From: a virus
Lineage: Duplodnaviria; Caudoviricetes
IMG/VR virus record: IMGVR_UViG_3300032272_000044
Span: 1 to 36,426 of that record
Strand: one strand, 5' to 3'
Length of the DNA stretch: 36,426 nt
Below are positions 25,037 through 34,506 of the stretch, in pieces; position 1 is the first letter of the stretch; every line of letters begins with the position of its first letter. Both the position numbers and the translations under genes were made by a program. The notes below the pieces were generated by a model. It was not told the origin of the DNA. It did not search any database and saw nothing but the letters and a program-made list of their open reading frames with translations.

Positions 25037-26035
25037 ATGTGGAAACTACTGAACACAACGGCCCTCGTGCGCTCCCCGGCTGACGAAGGAGCGGGAGGAG
25101 AGGGCAATGGCGGCGACAAAGGCGGAGCGTCGGGAGAAGGTGATGGCGGAGACGCTGGCCAGGGCGGCGATGAGGGAGATAAGGGCAAGTCCTCAATCCT
25201 CGACCTCGCAAGCGGCGACAAGGGCGGCAAGGAAGGCGAGGGCGAGGGCGAGGGTGACGGAGACTACAAGCCCCCTGACTACCTTCCCGAGCACCTGAGA
25301 GGCAAAGACGCCAACGACACCATGCTCAAGGTGCATAATGCCTATAAGGGAGCGCGCAAGTCACTTTCTGAGGGCAGGGGGCGTCTGGAGGGCGATGTAC
25401 CGGAAAAACCTGATGGGTACACCTTCGAAGATACAGGCTCTGAGGAGGCTCCTGATAAGGTCTATGCGGAATTGACCAGCGAGGCCTCCAAGCCCCTGGT
25501 CGATCTGGCGTCTAAGGCAGCTCACAAGCTCGGATTGCCTGACAAGGCGTTCCAGAGCTTTATGCGGGAGTTCGTGTCCGGCGCTGCTGAGGCGGGCCTG
25601 CCTATCGGGCTGAACGATGGCGAAGCTCAGGAGATTAGTGCCGAGGCTGAAATGGAAGCGCTGACGGAATTGGTCGGCTCTGGCACGGAGGCCTCTACCG
25701 TTGTGAACACTGTTGAAAACTACGGCAAGAACCTGGTTGCGCGCGGCACGATTGCAGATGCGGACCTGGCAGAGTTTCGCATGATGGTAGGCACGGCAGA
25801 AAGCGCGCTGCTGTTTCACAAAATCCTTGTGGCCGAAATGGGAGAGAAGCCGATACCGGTGACGGTGGGCGCGGATGCCACCATGTCGAGCACGGACGCT
25901 TACGCAGCCCATGGCGCGGCCTCGGCCATGCCGGACGGAGCGGAGAAGGACGCAGCGATGGCGAGCGCACAGAAAGCGATGCAGAAAGCCTTTGGTGATA
26001 ATGCGGCTGGCTCGGTAAAGTCGAACGTGCTATAG
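25037..26035 (+). CDS. Capsid scaffolding protein
   Basis: Acidic Gly-rich N-terminus, PDYLPE, VPEKPDGYTF, AHKLGL; upstream of the capsid gene. Confidence 0.8.
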   Translation: MWKLLNTTALVRSPADEGAGGEGNGGDKGGASGEGDGGDAGQGGDEGDKGKSSILDLASGDKGGKEGEGEGEGDGDYKPPDYLPEHLRGKDANDTMLKVHNAYKGARKSLSEGRGRLEGDVPEKPDGYTFEDTGSEEAPDKVYAELTSEASKPLVDLASKAAHKLGLPDKAFQSFMREFVSGAAEAGLPIGLNDGEAQEISAEAEMEALTELVGSGTEASTVVNTVENYGKNLVARGTIADADLAEFRMMVGTAESALLFHKILVAEMGEKPIPVTVGADATMSSTDAYAAHGAASAMPDGAEKDAAMASAQKAMQKAFGDNAAGSVKSNVL

Positions 26036-26140
26036 CGAGATTGTCGGGCGAAGCGGTTTCCCCCTTTTGCCTCTGGTCACGAAATCCACCAGGCCCGACG
26101 CCTGCCTGCTTCATCGCAGATACTGCCTAACAAACTTACA

Positions 26141-26174
26141 GCACCTGCCCTACTCCCTGGGTGGGTGTTTTTTT
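26141..26174 (+). terminator. Rho-independent terminator after the scaffold gene
   Basis: GCACCTGCCC-8 nt-GGGTGGGTGT followed by a T run. Confidence 0.7.
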
Positions 26175-26180
26175 GTCCTG

Positions 26181-26210
26181 TTGACTAAATGGACGGACCT
26201 AGCCCATATT
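26181..26210 (+). promoter_or_regulatory. Candidate promoter for the capsid/tail operon
   Basis: TTGACT-18 bp-CATATT immediately after the terminator. Confidence 0.45.
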
Positions 26211-26323
26211 GGCCGCAAGATGCAGACCCAAGAGGCACGGCACCCAGCGCGATAGCGCGATAGGCCCGCAAACCTTAAGGCCCTCGATCTTTCCATTGAT
26301 TGAAACCTAAGAGGAGCGGCAAA

Positions 26324-27166
26324 ATGTCGAAGACCTTAAGCGTAGCTGCAATTGCCAGCTTTGACGCAGACGTAAAACACGCATTCCAGGACAAGGCAAA
26401 ACTCCGCGACACTGTGCGCGTTAAGTCTGGCGTTGTGGGCTCAACCCATCGGTTCAACCTTCTCAGCGCCGGTATGGCCACGAAGCGGGTAAAGCAAACC
26501 GATGTTGTACCCATGAACCTGCAACACACCAACCAAACGGCAACTCTCGAAGATTGGAACGCTGCCGAATACACAGACGTATTCGACGACGCAAAAACCA
26601 ATATTTCCGAAAAGCAAGAGCTGGCTGGCTCTATCGCAAAAGCCATCGGTCGGCGCGAAGACCAGTTGATAATCGACGCTCTGGAAGCCTCGGCAACAAC
26701 CCTGACCATTGCGGCCAGTGTTGGCGGCGCGGCAACGGACCTCAACCTGGCCAAGCTCCGCATGATCGGACGGTTGCTCGGTGATAACGGCGTCGATGAG
26801 GATGAGACAGTTCATTACATCGGCTCTCACTACGGCAAGGAAAGCCTACTCGGCACAACCGAAGTGACCAGCGCAGACTACAACAGTGTTCGCGCCCTGG
26901 TTAACGGCGAAGTCAACTCCTTCCTGGGCATGATGTTCAAGTGGATTGCTTCCCGCGCAGAGGGCGGCCTGGACAAAACCGGCAACGACAGAACCAGCTT
27001 TGCTTATGCCAAGCCTTCTGTCGGCCACGCCATCGGCATGGATGCCCGCATGGAGGTCAACTATATCCCCACGAAAACCTCGTGGCTGGCTAATATGTTG
27101 TTCTCTGCTGGCTCTGTGGAGATTGACGCGGGCGGTGTTGTCGAAGTGACAACGACCGAGCCTTAA
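26324..27166 (+). CDS. Major capsid protein, 280 aa
   Basis: GAGGAG RBS; F..DVKHAFQ...LR.TVR, AIGRREDQLII.AL, TSADYNSVRALV.GEVNSFLG..F. Confidence 0.92.
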   Translation: MSKTLSVAAIASFDADVKHAFQDKAKLRDTVRVKSGVVGSTHRFNLLSAGMATKRVKQTDVVPMNLQHTNQTATLEDWNAAEYTDVFDDAKTNISEKQELAGSIAKAIGRREDQLIIDALEASATTLTIAASVGGAATDLNLAKLRMIGRLLGDNGVDEDETVHYIGSHYGKESLLGTTEVTSADYNSVRALVNGEVNSFLGMMFKWIASRAEGGLDKTGNDRTSFAYAKPSVGHAIGMDARMEVNYIPTKTSWLANMLFSAGSVEIDAGGVVEVTTTEP

Positions 27167-27223
27167 TGAATTGGGGGCCGCCTGGCGCGGCCCTCTCCTC
27201 GTACTAACCGAAAGGACAGCCAA

Positions 27224-27472
27224 ATGGCTTTTAACTTGCAAGGACTTGAAAATCACAGCGGCTCCGGTGGGGGTCTCAAGGTTTTCTCTTACGATGCTGG
27301 AGCGGACGCAAAGGCAGCTGTCAAAGGCGCTGGATATTTTAATGACGCGGACGGGCTCCTGCCTATCGGCTCTCGCATTATGATACATGCCTCTGACGCA
27401 GACTTTGACGCTCACGTATCAGCAAACGCAGCGGGCGTTGTTACAATCGCTGCAATCGACGCTTTCGTCTAA
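27224..27472 (+). CDS. Small capsid-associated/decoration protein, 82 aa
   Basis: AAAGGA RBS; D..A.V..AGYFN...L..G..I motif; directly after the major capsid gene. Confidence 0.7.
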   Translation: MAFNLQGLENHSGSGGGLKVFSYDAGADAKAAVKGAGYFNDADGLLPIGSRIMIHASDADFDAHVSANAAGVVTIAAIDAFV

Positions 27473-27499
27473 TCCGCTGGGGTGTGGTTTGACGAAGCC

Positions 27500-27533
27500 A
27501 GAGGGCCGGGGCTGAAAGGTCTCGGCCCTCTTT
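27500..27533 (+). terminator. Terminator-like hairpin after the capsid genes
   Basis: AGAGGGCCGGGGCT-GAAA-GGTCTCGGCCCTCT followed by a short T run. Confidence 0.65.
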
Positions 27534-27548
27534 ACTTAGGAGTTCACT

Positions 27549-28187
27549 ATGTCGGACACAAAAGAAGCTGTCGCCTCCCAGGCCCTAACCAGGTTAGGCG
27601 AGCCGGGCATATCATCCTTTACCGAGGACAGCGACACAGCGGAAAAAGTAAACCTGCTTTATGAGCCCACAATTCTGGCTCTTTTGTCGTCTTACGATTG
27701 GTCATTTGCCAAGGTCAAAGTGGCCCTTGCCGAAGATGGAACAGGCACTCCCGTTAACGAATGGACACGCGGCTTTTTAATGCCTGCGCTAAAGTCTGTC
27801 CGGGTAGGCAAGCCGATTGCGGTTTACAACTCGCTTTCTGTGGGAGCCTCTCCCGTCTTTGATTTTGAGATTGCGGATAAGTGGATTTGGACCAACCAGA
27901 CAACCTGCGTGATTGACTACATTGAGCGCAAGCCGGAGAGCCTCTGGCCGGGGTATTTTGTCACGCTGGCCGCTGAGGCCCTGGCGTCCGCCCTGGCATT
28001 GCCGGTGACGGAGAACGCGAGCAAGGAGCAACACCACAGAGCGGTGGCTTTCGGCTCGCCTGCACAGAAGGGGCGGGGAGGCCTGTTCGGGGCAGCTGCT
28101 GACGCTGACAGCACAGGCAACACAACCAAGAGCCTCCTGGACGACCATGACCCCATGACCGAGGCGCGATTTGGGGGCGTTTTCTAG
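27549..28187 (+). CDS. Tail tubular protein A / adaptor (T7 gp11-like)
   Basis: SQALTRLGE..I.SF.E, YDWSFAK, WPGYF...A.ALA..LA.PVT. Confidence 0.85.
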   Translation: MSDTKEAVASQALTRLGEPGISSFTEDSDTAEKVNLLYEPTILALLSSYDWSFAKVKVALAEDGTGTPVNEWTRGFLMPALKSVRVGKPIAVYNSLSVGASPVFDFEIADKWIWTNQTTCVIDYIERKPESLWPGYFVTLAAEALASALALPVTENASKEQHHRAVAFGSPAQKGRGGLFGAAADADSTGNTTKSLLDDHDPMTEARFGGVF

Positions 28188-30742
28188 TGCCAGTTCAACG
28201 ACACACGCAAACAAGCCTTGCCTCTGGAGAGTTCGACCCGCTGCTGTGGAGCCGGGAAGATGTTTCTTTCTTCTACAACTCCGCGCGCATCCTGGAAAAT
28301 GTCGTACCTCTGCCCCAGGGCGGCGGCAAACGGCGCGAGGGCTGGAGGTTCAGAGCCCTGCAAAGGGGGGCAATCGCTGCCATTAGCACGGCAGGCGCAA
28401 CACCAACCGCGACCAACGGAGGCACGGCGGCCAATGGCATAGATGGCGACGACGCTACGCTTGTAACTACGACAGTCAGTATTGGCGTGACTGCCACGTA
28501 TGAGATTTTCAAGCTGGACATGGCGAGCGCTACAGAGGTCTCCCTGGTGGACGTGTGCGGGCTCAGGCTCACATCACTCCCGAGCGGCGTGACCAGTGTC
28601 GTTGTGGCACTCCAGCACTCGCCGGACAATGCGGCGTGGACCACAGCTGCCTCTATAAATGTCGGCACAACGGCATATGATCGGCGGTTTGCCCTGGCCC
28701 CTGACAATCTCCTGGGCGATAGGCGCTACTGGCGGCTTGTGGTTCTTAACGTAACAGACCTGCTGACAGCAAAGGCCGAGCTTGGGGAGGTTCTCCTGTG
28801 GAGCGAGGCGGGCTACTCGACCGTCGCGGCAACAGTTGGAGAGTTCTCAATCCACAGGCTCACGGCTGATATAGAAAACGAATACACGCTATTGCTGACA
28901 GCGGGCAATGTGGACGTGTTCCGAATGGACACCGGTGCCTGGGTTGCTGCAATTTCGGCTCCACATACCGACAGCCAGGTCGCGGACGTAAAGCACTCGC
29001 CAAACCTGGACACAGTGATTTTTTATCACGAGGACGTAGCGCAGCACCTGGTGCAACGCCTGGGCTCGGATGGCGATTGGCGCTCCAATCCGGTGGTGTT
29101 TGATAGCGTTGTTCAGTTCCCTTTCGAAGACGAGGAGGTTTCGGGAGGGGAGAACGAAATCCAGTTTCTCCGGTTTTCCAACATGACAGCGGCTGACAAG
29201 CTGCTCGTGGAGTACAACGGCGATACCTCGGCAGAGGTTGTCTGGAACGCGAGCGAAGCCACAAACATAGCAGCCCTGGAAGCGGCCATAGAGAGCCTGG
29301 AAGATATAACCTCTGTCACTGTCACTGTGGACGCTGGGACCGGCGTTAATGCTGATTTGCTTGTGGAATTTACGGGATTTGATGGAAAGCGCGATTGGCC
29401 CATTCTGATCATAGATATTTTGACCGGTACAGGCACGGTGGAGCTCTCCAGAAAGCAGTTTGGCAAGCCGGACACTGATGCCCTTTGGAGCGCTACGCGA
29501 GGCTATCCAAGGTGCGGCGCTTTTTACCAGGGCAGACACTGGCAGGGCGGCTTTAAAGCGCGGCCCGATTTGATTATTGCCTCCAGGGCCGGAGCTCTGT
29601 TTGACTTCAAGGAAGATCAAGACCCGGTGGCGGGCTCGCCTATCGTTGTGGCTCCGAACGTGGACGATCAAATAACGGTCCACAACATTTACCCAGGGCG
29701 GCACCTGCAAATCTTCACGAGCTCGGCGGAAATGTATGTACCGGATGAGCCAATAACAATTGACAATATAGCGCTCAAAACCACGTCCAGGCATGGCGCA
29801 AATGCTCTTACCCAACCTGTGGATATCCAGGGAGGCACCCTGTTTTCAGATCGGAACGGGCGGGCCTTGCGGGAATATCTGTTCCAGGACGCGGAGCAAA
29901 GCTACTCAGCTGAGCCTATCTCCATCCTGGCCGGGCATTTGATGGCGAGCCCGCGCTCTATGGTGCTGCGTCGCGCGCTAGACGTGGATGAGCCCACGTT
30001 GCTACTGCTGGCCAATACCGGGGTAGACCGGGAGGGCAACACGGTTCCAGCTGGCATGGTTGTTATTGACCGAGCCCAGCAAGTGACGGGATTTTTCAGG
30101 GTTTTGACAGACGGGACGCCACTAGGGTTTTCCACGAGCCAGGGCGGAGCGGCGTTTGCTGTTACTCAGCGCTCTCTTGCGGGCAACACATGGAACTATC
30201 TTGAGCAATTCGACGCTGACTTTATGAGTGACGCGGGCGTTAAGGTCTCTGGCTCTGGAAGCTCAATTGATCTTACCGGCGTGGCGGAGCACCTGGAGGG
30301 GCAAACGGTCTACGTCCATGTCGATGGAATACCGGCTGGAGAGTTCACTGTGGCCAGCAACCTTATCGACCTGGGAGACCAGAGCTACAACGCAGAGGCG
30401 GAGATTGGCCTCAAGCAGGTGCCGCGCATTGTGTTGCATCCCTACAAGGGGCGCGGTGATGTTTCGCCAACAATGCAGGCCATGCGTATTTTCCGCGTTC
30501 TGCTGCAACTGGAGCGCACTGGAGGCTTGGCCATTGGGCAGTCTGGCTCCACTCCAAGGCCCATATCGCTGCGTAAATATGGTAGCGGCACCCTTGACCC
30601 AACACTGGAGGAGATACTCTTTTCCGGGCCTAAGAGGGTTTCGGGCTTGGGCCGGTGGCTGATAGAGCCTACCCTGGAGATAACGCAACTGGAGCCGATG
30701 CCGTTTTTGCTTCGCTCTGTTAGCTATGATGTGAGGTTTTAA
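28187..30742 (+). CDS. Tail tubular protein B / nozzle (T7 gp12-like) with inserted domains
   Basis: QTSLASGEFDP.L..R.D, ENVVPLPQGG.KRR.G, WS.TRGYP..GAFYQGR, LQIFTSSAE, final QLEPMPFLLRSV. Confidence 0.9.
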   Translation: MPVQRHTQTSLASGEFDPLLWSREDVSFFYNSARILENVVPLPQGGGKRREGWRFRALQRGAIAAISTAGATPTATNGGTAANGIDGDDATLVTTTVSIGVTATYEIFKLDMASATEVSLVDVCGLRLTSLPSGVTSVVVALQHSPDNAAWTTAASINVGTTAYDRRFALAPDNLLGDRRYWRLVVLNVTDLLTAKAELGEVLLWSEAGYSTVAATVGEFSIHRLTADIENEYTLLLTAGNVDVFRMDTGAWVAAISAPHTDSQVADVKHSPNLDTVIFYHEDVAQHLVQRLGSDGDWRSNPVVFDSVVQFPFEDEEVSGGENEIQFLRFSNMTAADKLLVEYNGDTSAEVVWNASEATNIAALEAAIESLEDITSVTVTVDAGTGVNADLLVEFTGFDGKRDWPILIIDILTGTGTVELSRKQFGKPDTDALWSATRGYPRCGAFYQGRHWQGGFKARPDLIIASRAGALFDFKEDQDPVAGSPIVVAPNVDDQITVHNIYPGRHLQIFTSSAEMYVPDEPITIDNIALKTTSRHGANALTQPVDIQGGTLFSDRNGRALREYLFQDAEQSYSAEPISILAGHLMASPRSMVLRRALDVDEPTLLLLANTGVDREGNTVPAGMVVIDRAQQVTGFFRVLTDGTPLGFSTSQGGAAFAVTQRSLAGNTWNYLEQFDADFMSDAGVKVSGSGSSIDLTGVAEHLEGQTVYVHVDGIPAGEFTVASNLIDLGDQSYNAEAEIGLKQVPRIVLHPYKGRGDVSPTMQAMRIFRVLLQLERTGGLAIGQSGSTPRPISLRKYGSGTLDPTLEEILFSGPKRVSGLGRWLIEPTLEITQLEPMPFLLRSVSYDVRF

Positions 30743-30743
30743 G

Positions 30744-31289
30744 ATGGCTGTAGTATTCGGAGCATTAGCGGCAGCGGGCGGCGGTACGGCAGCGGCAGCT
30801 GCAACAACAGGTGCGGTAGCTGCTGGCACGGCCACAGCGGCCACAACAGCGGCAACCGGGATTGTGTCGCTTAGCCAGGTGCTGAGCGCGGGCTCTGCCC
30901 TCGCTGCTATCGGGCAAGGATTTGCTGCCAGCGCCAGGGCGAAGACCGAGGCTCTGTTTGCCAGGACGGAAGCGGAGCAAGAAAAGGCTGCCGGTGCAGC
31001 TGAGGGCCGCGATCTGGCCCGCGAACACGCCGAGCTCCGCAGCGAGCAAGCCTCTATCCAGCTGGCAAACGGCCTGGATATCGGGGTGGGAACGCCGGTT
31101 AACGTCGAGACCGCGACCAGGAAACAGGCGGAGCGCAATCTGTCAGTGACCAGGCAGAACACGCGCAACCGCTCACGTATGGCCAGGCTGCGAGGTCGCG
31201 GACTTTTGACAGAGGGCAGGGCTGCCCTGCTTGGCGGTTTCGGCAAAGCGGGCGCAATTGGCGCTGACGCATTTCAATTGACGGGGTAA
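30744..31289 (+). CDS. Small internal virion/ejection protein (T7 gp14-like position)
   Basis: Ala/Gly-rich hydrophobic N-terminus, helical middle, ANGLDIGVGTP motif. Confidence 0.75.
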   Translation: MAVVFGALAAAGGGTAAAAATTGAVAAGTATAATTAATGIVSLSQVLSAGSALAAIGQGFAASARAKTEALFARTEAEQEKAAGAAEGRDLAREHAELRSEQASIQLANGLDIGVGTPVNVETATRKQAERNLSVTRQNTRNRSRMARLRGRGLLTEGRAALLGGFGKAGAIGADAFQLTG

Positions 31290-31293
31290 CTTT

Positions 31294-34200
31294 ATGACTT
31301 CTATTCGCCGCTACGGCCCCTCAATGGTTGCTCCCCAGGTGATGCCACGGCCCGAGCTCGGACGCGGGGCTGAGGCCACATTCCAGGTATTCGAAAGCGC
31401 GTTTCAAACCGCCAACGACTTTATCCGCCCAGCGGTAACAAAGGTGCAACAGACCAGAGGCCAACAAGAGGCAATTGCTGCTGTGGACGAAACCGGCCCG
31501 GCTTTTGGTTTGGAGCGCACCAGGGACGCCAACAGTACGGCGCTCGACGTGCTACCGGCCCGAGCCCCTCGGGGCCGCGTGGGGCCAACCAGGCAAAACG
31601 CTCTGTTTCTCGAAATGGGCCAGGCGCACGGTATTGACCCGCTATATCTGTCCGTCACAGCTCAGCTGGAAAGTGGCGGAGACCCGAACGCTCAAAACCC
31701 CAACAGCTCAGCGGGCGGCTTGTTTCAGCAACTCGACCAGAACGCGCTTGATTTTGGCGTTATCAACAGGTTTGACCCGCGACAAAGCACAGAGGGCGCG
31801 GCCAAGTTTGCCAGGGACAACACCAGGCAGCTTGCGGCTGTTCTCGGGCGAGCTCCGACCATTGGCGAGCTCTACCTGGCGCACCAGCAAGGCGGCGGCG
31901 GGGCCTCGGCTCTCCTCAATAATCCCAATGCCCTGGCTGTTGATATCGTAGGGGTCGAAGCTGTTGAGCTGAATGGCGGCACCCTGGACATGACAGCCCA
32001 GGAATTTGCCAATCTGTGGATAGACAAGGCCAACCGGGAGGCGAGAGCCCAGGGCGGACGCGCGGCAACCTCTGTAAATGTTCCGCAAGGAGCGGAGTTT
32101 GAGCTGCGTGCGACAAATTCAAACTCGTTTGAGCCTCGCCTGCCCTTCACTGTAAGGGATGCGGCCTTTAACGCAGCTGCTGACCGCGTGATACAATCGC
32201 GGGCAATGGTTGCTCTGGATGATGGCATAGCGATTGCGACCCAGAAAGCAGACGGAAACCTGGATGTATTGCGCGAGGAGCTGGAAAAGGTCCGCTCTAC
32301 CGTCATGGGGAACCTGCCCAAGGAAATGCCTAACCTCGGGATAGCTCTGGAGGAAAGTTTCAACCGGTCCAAGTCCGTTGCTGAACGCCAGGCAATAGCC
32401 CTTTCACAGCGGCGCGTGGTGGCTGGCCAGCAAGAGGCAGCGGCGTCTGCCCTGGTGGCGATCAACGGAGAGGCCGAACGCCTGGCATTGACCGGCGCGA
32501 GCGGCGAAGAAATTGCAGCCCACATGACAACCTCTCAGGCGGCGCTTGCTCAGTTTGGCCCGCGTGAGGAGTTCATGCTCAATGGGCAGATGTACCCGGC
32601 GGACCCGTCGCGGGCTGGAACGCTCACTCCCCTAGCCATCCAGGAGAGCCTGAGCAGGGTCACGAACGAGGCCCGCAAGGTGATGCTGGAGGCGGAGTTT
32701 CAACAGAGCTCGGCCCCTGGTCAATTCGTGGCGGAGCTCCGCAATCAGATATTTTCTGGCAATCCTCCTCTGCCAGCTGGCGAGAGCCTGGAGCTCTTGC
32801 GGAGCCTGGAGGGCAGGGTGCGGGCGACAGAAAGCGCACGGCGCACAGCGGCCAACGCCGCGCGCAAACGTGTGGAGGAGGAAACCACAGATCGGATTAA
32901 CAACTTTGTTGAAATGACAGAGGCCGGGATACCAGTGGCTATTCCCCAGGCTGAGCGACAAAGCATTATGGCGGACCTTTCCCCATTTCCAGAGCTCCAG
33001 CGCGAGGCGATGCTGAAATTTGCGGTGGCTGACGCTGCGGTAGAAACGCACGGCATGAGCGGGCCTGAGCTGGTGCAGTATGTGGACACTGTGCGCGCTG
33101 ATGTGGCCAACAGCCTGGCAGAGGGCGAGCTCGACATGGCAGGCGTAGAGGTTTTGCAGTCGCTGGAAGATAGGGTCAAGAAAATACAGGACGCGATCAC
33201 GGCGGAAACGGTAGGATTGCCCCTGGTCGAGCAACTTATGACGGACGGAGCCACAGCTGAAAATGTTGATTGGGACGCTATGCGCGAGCGAGCCTCTGGC
33301 AATGCCGAGGTGCTGGAACAAATCACTGAGGTAGAGGCGTTCGCCCGAGACATCGAAACTGTCAGTGACATGACAGCAGAGGAGCGCGAGATTGCCCTGG
33401 AGGCCGCGCGCAATTTCGTTTCAGACCTGGCAACTAAGGGCGGCGCTTTTGGGGCCGGGGCTCTTATGACAACCAAGGTTTTGGACCGGCTTGACGAATG
33501 GTCGCAATCCAGGGCGGACCTGGCGAAAAGCGACGCGGTTAAATTCGCTGGTGTTGCCGGTGTTTCGCTGCCTTCTTTTGAGGGAGCGGAGGGCCTGGTG
33601 GCTATCGGTGAGGTTATCGCGGCGCGCGTGGAGGCCATCGGGCCTGCTGCGCTGGGTGAGGGCGTGGAAAACCCGGTCCCTCTAAGCGGGGAAGAAATTG
33701 CGGGGATTAGCGAGACTTTCGACGCTGCCCCTAGGGGCGAACAGGGCGCGCTCCTGGCGAAGATTGCACAGCTCGGAGAAGATCAGGGCAAAGCCATCCT
33801 TGGTGCTATTGGTCAATCGTCGCCTACGATGTTCGCGGCAGGCACGGTTTACCTCGGAGGCAACACCACGGCGGCCTCTACGATCTTGCGCGGCGCGGAC
33901 CAGGCGAGCGGGATTAAGCTGGACCTGGATACGCGCGGAGACTTTGGCGGAGGGGAGGCCAAGCCAACTGTGGCCAGAACCGAGGCGATAGGCGAGCTGT
34001 TGGAGGGCAACATTATCTCCAATGAAACCCTGGCAAACCTGGACAGAATTGCAATGGCTTATGCGCGCGGCCTCGCTCTTTCCAGCGGTGGCACGGCTAT
34101 TGGCCAGGACGAGCTCGTGGAAGGCTACAAGATAGCAACCGGGCTCCAGGAAGACGGGACGGGCGGCGCACAAACAACCAGCTATGGCATGATGGTTTTG

Positions 34201-34506
34201 CCAAAAGGCTGGGATGCAGACCGGGCCGAGGCCACGATAGACAACCTGGATGATGGCGATATCCTGGCAGCTGCTGGAGGCACACTCACAGATCAGTTCG
34301 GAGATGTGATTGACGCGCGCCACCTGAGAGACAGCATAGAGTTTTTCCGCCCTGTTGGTGATGGAAAATATGTTCCTATGGATGCGGACGGTGCTGCTTT
34401 TGGCACCCTGACGGGCGGGGACATTTCGACGCAAACGCCAGCAACGCGCGGCCTCCTGGTCATTGACATTCAGGAGCTCGAAACCAGGCAGCGAGGGCGC
34501 AACTAA
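31294..34506 (+). CDS. Internal virion protein with lytic transglycosylase (SLT-like) domain, 1070 aa
   Basis: HGIDP..L..TAQLESGGDPNAQNPNSSAGGLFQ...ELYLAHQQG (catalytic Glu in ES), at about 31600-32030. Confidence 0.88.
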   Translation: MTSIRRYGPSMVAPQVMPRPELGRGAEATFQVFESAFQTANDFIRPAVTKVQQTRGQQEAIAAVDETGPAFGLERTRDANSTALDVLPARAPRGRVGPTRQNALFLEMGQAHGIDPLYLSVTAQLESGGDPNAQNPNSSAGGLFQQLDQNALDFGVINRFDPRQSTEGAAKFARDNTRQLAAVLGRAPTIGELYLAHQQGGGGASALLNNPNALAVDIVGVEAVELNGGTLDMTAQEFANLWIDKANREARAQGGRAATSVNVPQGAEFELRATNSNSFEPRLPFTVRDAAFNAAADRVIQSRAMVALDDGIAIATQKADGNLDVLREELEKVRSTVMGNLPKEMPNLGIALEESFNRSKSVAERQAIALSQRRVVAGQQEAAASALVAINGEAERLALTGASGEEIAAHMTTSQAALAQFGPREEFMLNGQMYPADPSRAGTLTPLAIQESLSRVTNEARKVMLEAEFQQSSAPGQFVAELRNQIFSGNPPLPAGESLELLRSLEGRVRATESARRTAANAARKRVEEETTDRINNFVEMTEAGIPVAIPQAERQSIMADLSPFPELQREAMLKFAVADAAVETHGMSGPELVQYVDTVRADVANSLAEGELDMAGVEVLQSLEDRVKKIQDAITAETVGLPLVEQLMTDGATAENVDWDAMRERASGNAEVLEQITEVEAFARDIETVSDMTAEEREIALEAARNFVSDLATKGGAFGAGALMTTKVLDRLDEWSQSRADLAKSDAVKFAGVAGVSLPSFEGAEGLVAIGEVIAARVEAIGPAALGEGVENPVPLSGEEIAGISETFDAAPRGEQGALLAKIAQLGEDQGKAILGAIGQSSPTMFAAGTVYLGGNTTAASTILRGADQASGIKLDLDTRGDFGGGEAKPTVARTEAIGELLEGNIISNETLANLDRIAMAYARGLALSSGGTAIGQDELVEGYKIATGLQEDGTGGAQTTSYGMMVLPKGWDADRAEATIDNLDDGDILAAAGGTLTDQFGDVIDARHLRDSIEFFRPVGDGKYVPMDADGAAFGTLTGGDISTQTPATRGLLVIDIQELETRQRGRN

